A stretch of 64,000 bases of DNA, taken from contig NC_135655.1 of the NCBI RefSeq assembly GCF_964188315.1, positions 68,324,001 to 68,388,000 of the forward strand. Direction: 5' to 3'. How positions within the stretch are numbered: position 1 is the stretch's first letter; each line of letters starts with the position of its first letter. Shown in pieces: positions 1-64,000 of the stretch. Under the pieces are notes generated by a model that saw only the letters and a list, made by a program, of their open reading frames with translations, searched no databases and was not told the DNA's origin. Origin of the DNA: Podarcis muralis (Eukaryota). The position numbers were made by a program, and so were the translations under genes.

Positions 1-477
1 GCCCAGCAATGTACTAAATTTATATACAGAATTTCTGCTTTAGCATACTTTAATCTAAATGCTTAAAGTAGGTAACACTGTAGAATAAAATATATTATTA
101 TTATATATGTGAAACTGACAACCATATATAAAGCACAAGTATCAATCCTACATTTGTTTTTAGCTAACCACCAAAAGCCATTTTAAATTCAAAGGTCTTA
201 CAATATTTCCAGATGGTTCCTGGGTATGCACTTTTGGCAAATCTCCAGAAGAAAGAATATCCATGAATGTAGGGCAACCACCAGGAATACATAGATGCTT
301 GATGTACTAATTTGGAGATTTGGTCACTAGGATTGGCTGGTTCGCAAGCTTTGTTAGTAAATTGACAACTTTAAATTAAAATCCATCCTTAGCTGAAACA
401 TTTATTTACCATGGACAACCCCATTCTAAGATTACTCTGCTGTACCTTTTTAAAAGCAACCCTTGTTCCTAGTCTAT

Positions 478-995
478 TGTCAGGGACAGGCTGGGCACTG
501 AGTAGTGGTGGCTGGATACTGGTGAGTGGCCATTGGGAGAAGGTGTGTTGGAAGAAGTGATCATTGATCTGGGGGAGCCTGTAACCAGCCAGGAGACGAG
601 TCAGGAGAAGCTGCAGGACTGGAGAGTGAAGAACAGGTTCAGGAGGAGAGAGAGATAGGTCAGGCTGGTGGAGAATCAAGGGCTTCCCTACCTCCTCCTC
701 CTGTCCCCATCTCTCCTGTTCCATTGTCTCAAAAAAATCAACAACAACCAGAAGAGGGTTGAAGTGGGAGGAGCAGAAACTCCAGAGTCTTTGCCTGCTT
801 GTTTACAGCTTGGGTGGAGGGCGATACATGAACCAAGTTGGGGGGCTTGGACCTCTCTGTTGCTGCAACTGCCTCATCGGGTGCGCATCTAGGAGTAGCT
901 GACAGATGTAGGACTGATGGACATACCATTCCCTAACCTTTGACAACGAAGAGTCAATTCCTCACTCTTGACATTCCTTTCCTGAGCTCCTGACA
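478..995. mobile_element. Solo LTR (518 bp), probably Gypsy/ERV-type
   Basis: Termini TGTCAGG...CCTGACA form a perfect 7-bp inverted pair; 5-bp TSD TCTAT at 473-477 and 996-1000; GC- and purine-rich interior. Confidence 0.75.
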
Positions 996-2669
996 TCTAT
1001 TGAGAACTCTCCCACTACTTTCTACACTCAGTGTCCTTCCGTTCTAGCTCCATGCCACAGCCACTGCTTTTGTGCAACTTGCCTTCTCTTATGCTCAACA
1101 ACCCCACCCTGACTTCATGCACATTCAGGATTCTGATGCGGCACTACAAATCTTACATTTTTATTATACAGTAAGCTGAGTCATGACAATGAGTGACATC
1201 ACCACCTCACAGCCTCCGGAAAACTTATGACATAGAACTTATTAAATAATTTATACCTCATTTTAAATTAGTCCCATGGGTCTCTTGAGATAGCTTCACT
1301 AGAGGAACAGAAACATTAATGCTTGTCTTTACAAAATATACATAAATATGCACTCATTTTAGGAATTGCGGCCAACTCTTATCTGTTCAGTTAATACACA
1401 ATTGAGTGCCTTGAGTAAGGTCAGTTATTGAAACATATTGTGTTGAATATTCCCAACAGATGATAAAAAGATCCTCCTTTAATATTTAAATACCTTTTTC
1501 AGTAGCCTTCCACAATCACTGAGAAATTCATTCTTTTACCTAGACAAAGCAGATTGTTTATCACAGTGTTTTAATTCTGTATTATTTTAGTTTTGTTTTT
1601 TGAAATATGGATTATAAAATAATCCAGAGAGATACTTGAAGTTCATTGAACAAGGGAGTCTCCTAAAGGTTTATGGAGGAAATAAGGTTTGACTTCTTTT
1701 TTTGTAAAGACAAAAATCTCATAAAGCAGCGATTAAAATACCTACTGGCTTAACAAATTAAATGTTACAAATACACTGTACCACCACTTCTTGGGACCTG
1801 TTGTGAGAAACCAAATTAGATCTTGTTATGCAAGTGTCATGTTATCTGGATTAGTCTGCACAGATCCTTGTGCTGAATAATCTCTGATTTTGAGTCAAAT
1901 ATGTAATAGAATGGAAAATAGTGTTAGAAAGCTGTTTGGATATGTTAATGGGCTTCTGTACAAAATAAGCTATTTATATATTTTTCGTTAGATGAAATTA
2001 GCCTCATTGTTGAAATACTGATTGGAATCTGATTAGTACAAAAATAGCACTGAATTCCAGTTTCCATTAATTAGCAGCATTTCTGCTACTTGTGTTCTGT
2101 GATTTATTCTATTTTGCAGCCTGATACTTTGTAGTCTTGAATACAGAAACTTTAATTTAGATGTTGCAAAGTAAGGTACAGTACAATAGTTTTTGTTTTC
2201 TTTAGCCCAGAGTTACCGCAAAAGTCTGGCACCAGGTTTGGATTCTGGAGAGCAGACCCTGAGGAACTCAATATGTGTGTGTGTAGTTCTAGGCAAATAA
2301 TAATGGAGTAGCCAAAAAGCACCACTCTTTCTATTGGTGAGACATTGATTTCTGAAGAGCAACACTACAGCTGAAAATTCTGGGTATTACAAGAAATGCC
2401 ACAGTTTTGGAAGTGTTTGTGTGTATAATTTAGATGAGTTATTTCTGCAGCTGTCAATATTGTAAGAACAAAATATGCCATACTAAAAATGCTTCCAAGT
2501 GTTCTGAGTTTGTGAACTGTCAAGTAGATCTGCAATAAAATAAAATAAAAAACACTGTCCATTATAAGTATTTGTATTTATCATAGTTTTACAGATTATA
2601 AATTATTGTTTTTAATCAATGTAGTTGGCCTGTGGGTTAAAACTATACTTGTGCTTTCTTTGATCATAG

Positions 2670-55583
<52,914 letters not shown>

Positions 55584-56030
55584 TAATTTACTGAATACAA
55601 ATGTTCATGTTTGTGAGGTACTAGATTGCATTGTTTATTTTGCTGTATTTCCAATTAGCTGATTATAACTGCCATTTATAATTAGCATGGGTGATATTTT
55701 AGCATTCTTCCCTCTTCCTACAACACTTTGCTCCTGGGGGTCTGAGCATCACTCTTAACCATTTTTTTTGCACTATAAATGTGAAGCATTTCTTTTCCCT
55801 GGAAGACAGCAAGGGTTCCATCTTTCTTTGGTAGCATTTGTCTTACACTTCAGATTGTTGCTAACACATAGCTTTGTTTTGGTTTGTTTATTTTATAGCA
55901 TCTGAATGCTTTCTACACTATACCTACTACTAGATAGTGAATGAGAATTTACAAGTGATGAATAGTGCATCAGTTTGTTTGGTTTTTTAAGTAGCTTTGG
56001 TGGAGGGGAGTTACTGCACTAAAGTCTATA

Positions 56031-56223
56031 TTGGGGTAGGCAACCTAAGGCCCGGGGGCCGAATGTGGCCAAATCACCTTCTCAATCCAGCCCAAATGCA
56101 TCTCTGGGTTATTTGTGGGGCATAGGAATTCGTTCATATTTTTTTTCAAAATATAGTCCGGCCCACCACATGGTCTGAGGGACAGTGGACCAGCCCACAG
56201 CTGAAAAAGGTTGATGACCCCTG
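56031..56223. mobile_element. hAT-type MITE
   Basis: Degenerate TIRs (tt)ggggtaggcaacct / aggttgatgacccctg; no 8-bp TSD recovered. Confidence 0.6.
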
Positions 56224-57571
56224 GTATCACTCAAGAGCAAGAGAATTTCATGGCGGAGACCAAATTTTGGGGTTATGGAAGTATACAAAAATATTTAGCA
56301 GAATTGAATCAAATTATTCACAAACTTTAATAGCTGTGTTTTTCTTTGACCCATGAGTATTTTTCTGTACAAAAGAACTTTCTTCCAGAATGCTTATGAT
56401 TTTGATTTCAGGGTTATTATTTTTTTCAAGCTTCTTCATGACAAAACCGAAGAACTCCCCCTGTGCAATTGTCTGCTACTCAAAAGCAATGTTATCTCAT
56501 GAAGCTTTCTTGGATTTGGAATATTGGGATAACTGTTGATACTAAATATGCATTTAAAATATGGCTACTTTAAACCAATAAGTTTGAACCAAGCAACCTA
56601 CTTTATGAATTGTAAAATATACATGGGTGTCTGAGGACATGGCCAGGAACTAAAAAAATCCACATGAAATTTTACCTGTCAAATGTTCCATATTTACTTC
56701 TCCAAGGTATCATTCTAAAAAGGCGCCTGTGTTAGATAATAAACACTAGAATTGCATTTCATAAAAAAAATGCCAAAAGTGACAGGATATGCGTCATTAT
56801 TGATTTCCTTAAAATTGTTATAGAATAGCATGTAGTATGTAGGGAAGTTGGCACTGTGAGAGCCCATGAGCAGGAGCACCACATGGTCTCCACCAGTGCA
56901 TGTGACAAGGCAGATCTCCACACCTCTTCACCCCTCTCTCTCCCAGTAAGTACCTGGGAGGCCAGGTATGCAGCACCATCCACCCTCACTGACTGCTCCC
57001 AACAGGATCCCAACAAAAGTCATTTGAAAATATAATTATATACAGTAACACAGTTAGTTATACATAGTACCTATATGTGTGTGTAGAATCATATATAATA
57101 TTGTATTTTTAAAACTTTGCCCAGCAGATATGTTTGTCTTATTTAGGGACCACCACTTGACTTTATTATACCAGGATAATAATACAGTAAAAAGACTATG
57201 TCTAATAAACTGTGATTCACAGCCCCTTCAAAATCAATCTTTGAATGTGGAAAGTGAAAAGTGTGTTTGGGCTGTAAAAATTAATCTACCGTATCTGTAT
57301 AATATGCTTTACATGGGAAAGGAATTAACAGTACATAGAGCACTGAATCAAAAACATGTAGGAGAACGTCAGCTTTGGAGTACTTGCAAAATAAAGAGAG
57401 GACCTAAACACAAATTAAACAAAATGCAAGTTAAGACAACATTCAAGTTAAACAAAATAAATCACAATGTCCAATTGTATTTTTCTCACAATATAATTGT
57501 AAGCTGCAGTCTATTCTCATTTATTCATTTTCATCTTTTGCCCACTCCGTCCCAGAAGCACCACAACAGTA

Positions 57572-57802
57572 CAGTGGTGCCCCGCAAGACAAAATTAATT
57601 CGTTCCGCAAGTTTTGCCGTCTAGCGAATTTTTCGTCTTGCGAATTATTATTTAGACAAAGGAAACAAAGTCGCGAGACGTTTTCGTCTTGCGAAGCAAG
57701 CCCATAGGGAAATTCGTCTTGCGAGGCAACTCGCAAACGGAAAAACCTTTCGTCTAGCGAGTTTTTTGTCTTGCGAGGCATTCGTCTTGCGAGGTACCAC
57801 TG
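57572..57802. mobile_element. Tc1/mariner MITE with iterated internal 10-mer
   Basis: CAGTGGTGCCCCGCAAGAC...GTCTTGCGAGGTACCACTG termini, TA TSD; about 7 copies of cgtct(t/a)gcga. Confidence 0.88.
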
Positions 57803-60800
57803 TAAATTCAAATGAAACAAACACCAACATTAACATCAGACAAGCAAAACTACAATATTCAAAGTTCTGCCTAACCCTGTTTTTCCTTTTGCCAAACCTC
57901 CTCCTGCTCATGCTATGCTTCTTACCCAGGGGAGTCCTTTGGATTCTTCCTGCATAGTACTGTAGTTCAAAGATCATTGCCTTAATGTGCAGTTTCATTA
58001 TGACTGTTTATTAATTTTCAAGATGCCTGCAGGGAGGTTGTCAATTAAAAGACCAATGCCAAAACTCTTTATAGACATTTCTGCTCTTTGGTATCTGTGA
58101 ATAATAAGTAAAATATCTCTGGAAAAATAGATTTGATCCAAAGCTGCAGATCAGAGGTGAGCCCAGACTTGCATGATTTCCTTTGGTTTTTCACCAGAAC
58201 CCCATCATCTACCATAACAGATCATACTACAAAATGGCTACATGGGGGCTACCTACATATCCAGTAACATACTATAGATAGGAATTCTAACATCAAGCCC
58301 TAAAAACTGCACAAGAACACAAAAGACAGGAAAAAGGCAACCGATTAACAAGCCCCCTTTGCAGGTGAGGGATAAAGTGGCTTCAACCTCATTTGCTCTT
58401 AATTAGGTTGTCTCATTTATATTGAACAATATTGTGCTCATTATTCATTAACTGACTACTTATTGGCTTGTCCACATGCAGATACATAAACAATTTAAAA
58501 TGGCAAAACCAGGTTATTATTATGAGTGCTGAAGGATAATGGACAGCAAAGATATTTCAGTGGTTAGATATGGTTGGGTAGCAAGTTTCATAATGAGCTT
58601 TTAATATTTCCTCTTGAATCAAACAACAGTGAATTTTCAAAGCACTTTAAGAACTTTTGCTATGAACTTTTTAAAAAAAAAATCATAATAATGAAAATAC
58701 TCCTGAGTAAAGAATTACACACAGGCCTACTTTACATATCATGCTAAGTCACACTAGGCTAACATCTGCTTTGCTCTTCCCTTGTCCTTTTCATTGTTAA
58801 ACCAAGCCATGATTTGGCTTAGCATATCATCTGAACCTTGGCTCATGGTCTCATTCCAGACAAACCCCAAGCTGTAACAAGGGTTTGTTAACCAAGTGCT
58901 TTCTTCTAAGAGGATTGATGCTGGCAGCAAACACTTAAAACACAGAGAGTAATCATTGCTGTCCTAGCCTGTTTTAACGTAGATGTTCCAAGGCGAAAAG
59001 GACAAAGTATTGCAGGCTTACTGGGAATTGCCTGCCCATGATTGATACTGCTCACTTGTTTCAGCTGATGTTCACAGAATCTCATAACTATCATAGAAGG
59101 ACAATCAAATGGAGCACAGTTCAAAGACATGGTGCATTTAAAATCAGAATGCAGCTTGCAGTTTGAGTTCAGAATTTTATGAGCTAGCAAAAATTCATAG
59201 CCAAGGACTGGTAAACAAATGTATTAGAGTCATTTAAGCCTACTTCTCACAAAAGTGCAGATTAGGTGGCAAAACTGTGTCTGGCCTACCCAACTTCAGG
59301 ATGCATATTGGGACTTACACAACTGTTATCTTCCTTTGTATGCGAACACCCCCTTGCATAAAAACTAGCATGCCAGGGATAAAACCTTTCTGTCCATTAC
59401 CTGGTTCTGTTTGTGCAGAGATATGGAGGGTCTTTCAACCATGTGAATTCCTATCTGCAGTCTGAAGTAATATACTCTAGAAACATGTTACCAGCCTTAT
59501 CTGGTCTTTGCCAGAATGAGCTCTTATCTTCCAGACATGGGCAAGGATAGCCTATAGATGTGGGTTGATATTTGAAGGACCACATCCTCCAAAAGCAAGC
59601 TGCCCAGTACTCAGATCATCATAATTGGTGATTGTCCCCAGTCTTTAGAACTGTTATCTCCCCAGGGACCTGCCAATTTCCCTCCAGCAGAGAGCAAACA
59701 CCTTTTTCTTTGGAAATATAGTACGTTATAGTTACTTACCATCTACTACTTTTTGTATGATTAGTTGCATGCTGCTATTCTCTTAGGTATGTTTTCTGCC
59801 TTTTTCCATTTTTATTTGATCATTTCTGTAAATATGGTATGAGATTTTGTTGATTTTAAATTACTTTTGTTAACCGTCATAAGTATATTTCGATAGAAAG
59901 GTAGGATAAAAATACCTTTAATAAAAACAAAATAGAAGAAGGCTTTGTCTAGAAGGATTCAGTCTGAGAACTAAAAGTCACTTTGGTTTCTTAGGAGAAT
60001 AAATGAAATTTCATTTTATGCTGTTTATAAATCAAACTTCTCAAATGGTCATGCATTCAGCAGAATAGTTCAAGCAATAAAACTGTTTTGTGGATAACTG
60101 TAGCAGAAGGACTTGTTGAATGAAAAATTTGACATACCTCATGCCTCATTTCACCTGAGATGTTTGCATATATCATATTACTATGCCTTGTCATGTGTTA
60201 GCATATTTTCATTCTTTGTGCATTAACTAGGGATTAAAGTTAATGTGATGCTAAAATTGCTCAGTTAGATTAAATCACTATTTATGGTTTTCACCAGTTT
60301 CTCCCATGTTGCCAAAAAACAAACCCCAGTTACAGAAAGAATAGCAAATAAAATATGCAGTGTGTTAAGAGCAGAGTTTCTGTTGATGTTTTCTGTCTGA
60401 TAACCTCCGTTGCTTGGCTGAGTGTGAGGAGGTAGACATTTATGAGAATTTAAAAAAACCACTATGAATCAAATACCCTATATTCAGAACAATTATTCAT
60501 ATACTATAATAGGTCTATGTACCCTTTCTTCACAATATTTTTTTAGACTAAAGGGTGGAATTCAATGTTACACTCTTCTAATTGTTAAGAACATAAGAAG
60601 AGCCTGCTGGATCAGGCTACTCTTAAGTTACCAAGAAGTATGGGGGAAACATGGTTTCATCTGAATTGAAGAGGCTGGTGAAACATTTTTATCTGTGGTT
60701 GTGCTCAGTGGTTTAATAAAAAGGAACTGGATTTCCAAATTGATCTTGGTGACTCTATGAAGGGAACCATATCATAGTCTTTAGGCCAGGATCTAAAGAA

Positions 60801-61910
60801 ACATATTGCCAGTTCCACTAGCCCAGATGAGTTTGGTCTAGTGCTTGGTCTTCTTGAAAAAGATCGAGGAGCACATTGGACATACCTAAAGCAGCCATTT
60901 GCATTTAAGCTAAGCAGGTGATTACATTTCTTGCTAGATTTTCTTAGTACTGCACATCTCCCTATTTTAATATGTTGTCACTAACCACTGTTTGTCTAAA
61001 AAGTTGTATGTAACAAATACATTAGCCAAACAACAAATACTACATTTAGTTTTACTTATGTTAATTAGATTCCTTTTGGTTTAGATCATTTTATATTGTT
61101 TATTAAACTTGTGTACTACTGTTATAAACGACATCTCCATTTGGGCCATGTCGTAATCCGCAAAATGTTCAAGAATCATTGAGAAGCTATTTCAATTATT
61201 TGTTTTCAAGCTGTGGTTTTTGCTTAGAAACCTTTGGAAGGCAATCCATTTAATTTCACATGTAATAAGACAGTTTCTACTTCTACTGCTTTCCTATGAA
61301 AGTAATACATTTAATGAATACAGCGTTCAAAAATAAAGTCAAACTAAAATGAAATTTTACTATCTATCACGGCTTGATAAAACAATATGGTTGGTGCTTT
61401 TCCAGCACCTCTAACTTTCCCATAGAGTACCAGGAGGTGTAAATAGCTCTAGGTTTTTAAAAGCTATCTGTGTAGGGAGGGAGTAAGGACTATAGATATA
61501 GATACAGCTATCACACTAGGCAACTGCAAGAGCTCTCCAATGGAGCTTCTCACTCCAGCTGAAGCTGTAGGTGACTTGAAGAATGGGGATTGACTGGGAA
61601 GGATGTGCATGGACTGTTGCCCTTCTGCTTATTAAGTCTTCTTCCTACACCAGCTACGTCTGGGGAAATGGTGACAGTGAGAGAGCATAGTAGTTGGGTA
61701 AGTAAGCGGAGACATGGATGCAGTGGTTTTTTTACCTGATGCCTTGGGCACAGTGGGAAGTGGGAAAACATATAGATTGGCAAGACACAAAAAAATGATC
61801 TGTGCCGATATTACTATTAAATAGCAATGAATTCCATATAAAGTAAAAGTGTGTGCGCTACTCGTATCACTTACACTTGAAGCAGCATGCAAATCTCAGT
61901 TTAAATGTGG

Positions 61911-62027
61911 AATGTTAATAAAGAATGAAATGTTTTCTTTATAAAGATTATTTTTAAATGCCGAACTTGTCTTCTCCTTCTAGATAAGCTTAAAAATGTC
62001 AATAAAGAATGAAATGTTTTCTTTATA
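61911..62027 (+). repeat. 33-bp direct repeat (61911-61943 and 61995-62027)
   Basis: aatgt(t/c)aataaagaatgaaatgttttctttata occurs twice with one mismatch. Confidence 0.9.
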
Positions 62028-64000
62028 TAGAAATTTATAAAAACATAAAATTGGCTTCTGCAACCATATAGTGCATTAAAACATGTCTGTCAACTGTGAT
62101 GATAGTGTTGACAGGAGAAAAGTCATGGAGTTTGTATTATTCTGTAAAAAGAGCAATCTATTGTGTGTCTCCCCAGACTCTGAATCCAAGATTAAAGTGC
62201 ATGTTTGATACTCACAAATTAAACTAAAATCAATGTCACTAATAAACCCCTCAACTTTTTATTGGTTAGCTGTCATTAGTATTTCTGCCAAGTGTGCTGT
62301 TTCTCAGGGCCATGTTTGTCATGTGGGGCAGAGGAACAATATGGTGAGGGAAGTCAGGTTAAGACCATGGCATGGGTGGAAGGGAACTTTAATCCTTTGA
62401 ATTTGCCATTATCCCAATCAGATTGCTACTCTGTACCTGCTGTTTCTAATGGGAGGAAGGTCCAATTGGCACTAGCCTAATTGATTTAGCTTAATTTGAT
62501 TGGCCTAATGTGCTTATTACACGAACTAGCTAATTATATAAATTATGCTCCTGTATTACATGCAAATGCTTGTTTTTGGTGCTAAATATAATGCAATAAA
62601 TACAATTTTTTAATCTAAATAAATAAACAGATCAAAAAAGGAAAATATGTATATTCTGGAGGAAGTAGTTTTTTTCTCTTTTCAACAGAATAAGCATGAT
62701 TTTCAGTGGAAGTGAGGTTACCATATTTTGTTTTAACTCTACTTCAGAACACTTCTAGAGAAATGCAACTTAAATGTTTATTCCTTTGGGAAATTCTTTC
62801 TGTCTTTGAGGGAAGTACTATTTTGTATTTACTTTTTTGCACCAAAGCAAAATCTGTTATCAATGTTCTGAAATGCTCCTGTCCTGTTTGAAGGCACCTA
62901 GAGCACAACCCCAGGGCATAATACAGAAGTTGAATAAAAACAGAATGGAATTGGAGAAATCCATTCATCTGTACTCAGAGGCAGAATTGGAGCAATTGAG
63001 CCACAATTTTGTAAGTGCAAGAAGATGGAACAAGGAGGAGAGAGAGATGACATGTCTTTTATGAAAAGTGTATGCAAGATAAATCAAACATTCCAAAGGA
63101 AGGAACCAAAGGGGGGCGAGCTATGAGTGGGGAACTGGGCAAAGGATATATTGATGGCAGGTCAAGTTCATAAGAAAAGTTCAGACTAACAGCAATGAAT
63201 GAAATATGAAATGCAATTTATTTCTGCAAGGGAGGCAAAAATTGTTGACTATAGGGCTTGCCCCAACTTCCTGTTTGCTATATGGTTCTGTTGCAAATAT
63301 AGTTTCCTAATTGGTAATCTTCTGAAGTTATGTGATTCTGAGTTACATTAACTCTTCATTTTTCTAAAACCATTTCAGATATTGTGTTCAATGTGTAAGT
63401 TTATAAATTAGTTTGTTCAACCTGAACAATGTATGCATTTATTATATCAGATATAAGATCCTTAAAACAGAAGAATAATGATGTACCAGGTTAAAAACAA
63501 GCAAATCCAACTAATATTTGAGGGGAAGGGATAAGCTTTCTAAATATATACATTTTAGAGGGGAAACGTTTCTTTGGGGCAGGTCTGGGGATTAAGCTCT
63601 GTAAATGAGACATTACAACAAAATACAATCAGGTAGATCAGGAGTTCAGCAATTATTGATAATATAATACAGCTGTGCAAAGCTACTTATCTTCTTCATA
63701 TTGCCACAATCTAAACTAGCATGGAAACTTTCTGAGGTCAGTATTACAATAGGGTTATCTGTTTGGCTGTCTGCACCATCCGGTTTTTTTAACTGTTCCA
63801 AAAAGCATTTGCCTTCCTCTGGGGTTTGGACATACATTGCCAAAGTTGTGTGGGTAATGGTTAACATAAATGAAAAACCTGATCAATAACTTCAGAGGGT
63901 GTGACTACAATTTTATCACAGCCTAAAGTGCTACTTTACTTTAATGGCTCTGGTGAGAGAAGTGTGTGTGCTCTGCTTAGTTGTCTGTTCATTACTATCC

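Noticed and set aside
389-929. Overlapping ORFs of 111, 74 and 63 aa
   Set aside because: They fall largely within the solo LTR 478-995; no protein family recognised.
57079-57624. 181-aa plus-strand ORF
   Set aside because: Low-information sequence that runs into a MITE; no homology recognised.
58023-58090. Possible exon MPAGRLSIKRPMPKLFIDISAL after ttttcaag
   Set aside because: The donor is weak (TTG|gtatct), the 68-nt length breaks frame, and it does not resemble SBF2.
60779-60920. Open frame GQDLKKHIASSTSPDEFGLVLGLLEKDRGAHWTYLKQPFAFKLS
   Set aside because: Bounded by stop codons, the splice phases do not fit phase-0 intron 16, and the acceptor is weak; consistent with chance.

Overview
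Vertebrate intronic and exonic DNA, AT-rich. The repeat content (Sauria SINE, BovB/RTE, CR1-tailed SINE, L2) points to a squamate, probably a lacertid lizard; this is an inference. The window holds 14 consecutive coding exons of SBF2/MTMR13 on the + strand at 2670-55553. All have AG/GT boundaries and compatible phases, and they join into a stop-free 1710-nt (570-codon) stretch covering the DENN module and the following region. Exon numbers 3-16 are assigned from my recollection of the human gene, and both ends of the gene lie outside the window. The introns contain three solo LTRs with target-site duplications (TSDs), L2/CR1/BovB fragments, SINEs, Tc1/mariner MITEs, Penelope-like termini and microsatellites. 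The most interesting observations are: (i) three Penelope-like ends carrying minimal hammerhead ribozyme cores, each with a catalytic-core mutation, one forming a perfect 59-bp palindrome just upstream of exon 4; (ii) an unexplained 67-bp inverted repeat in intron 15; (iii) candidate poison or alternative first exons at 29621, 19574 and 6930; (iv) an old duplicated segment whose second copy was split by an LTR and an L2 inserted 10 bp apart; (v) a BovB fragment with a twin-priming-type inversion. All analysis was done by eye, with no database searches.
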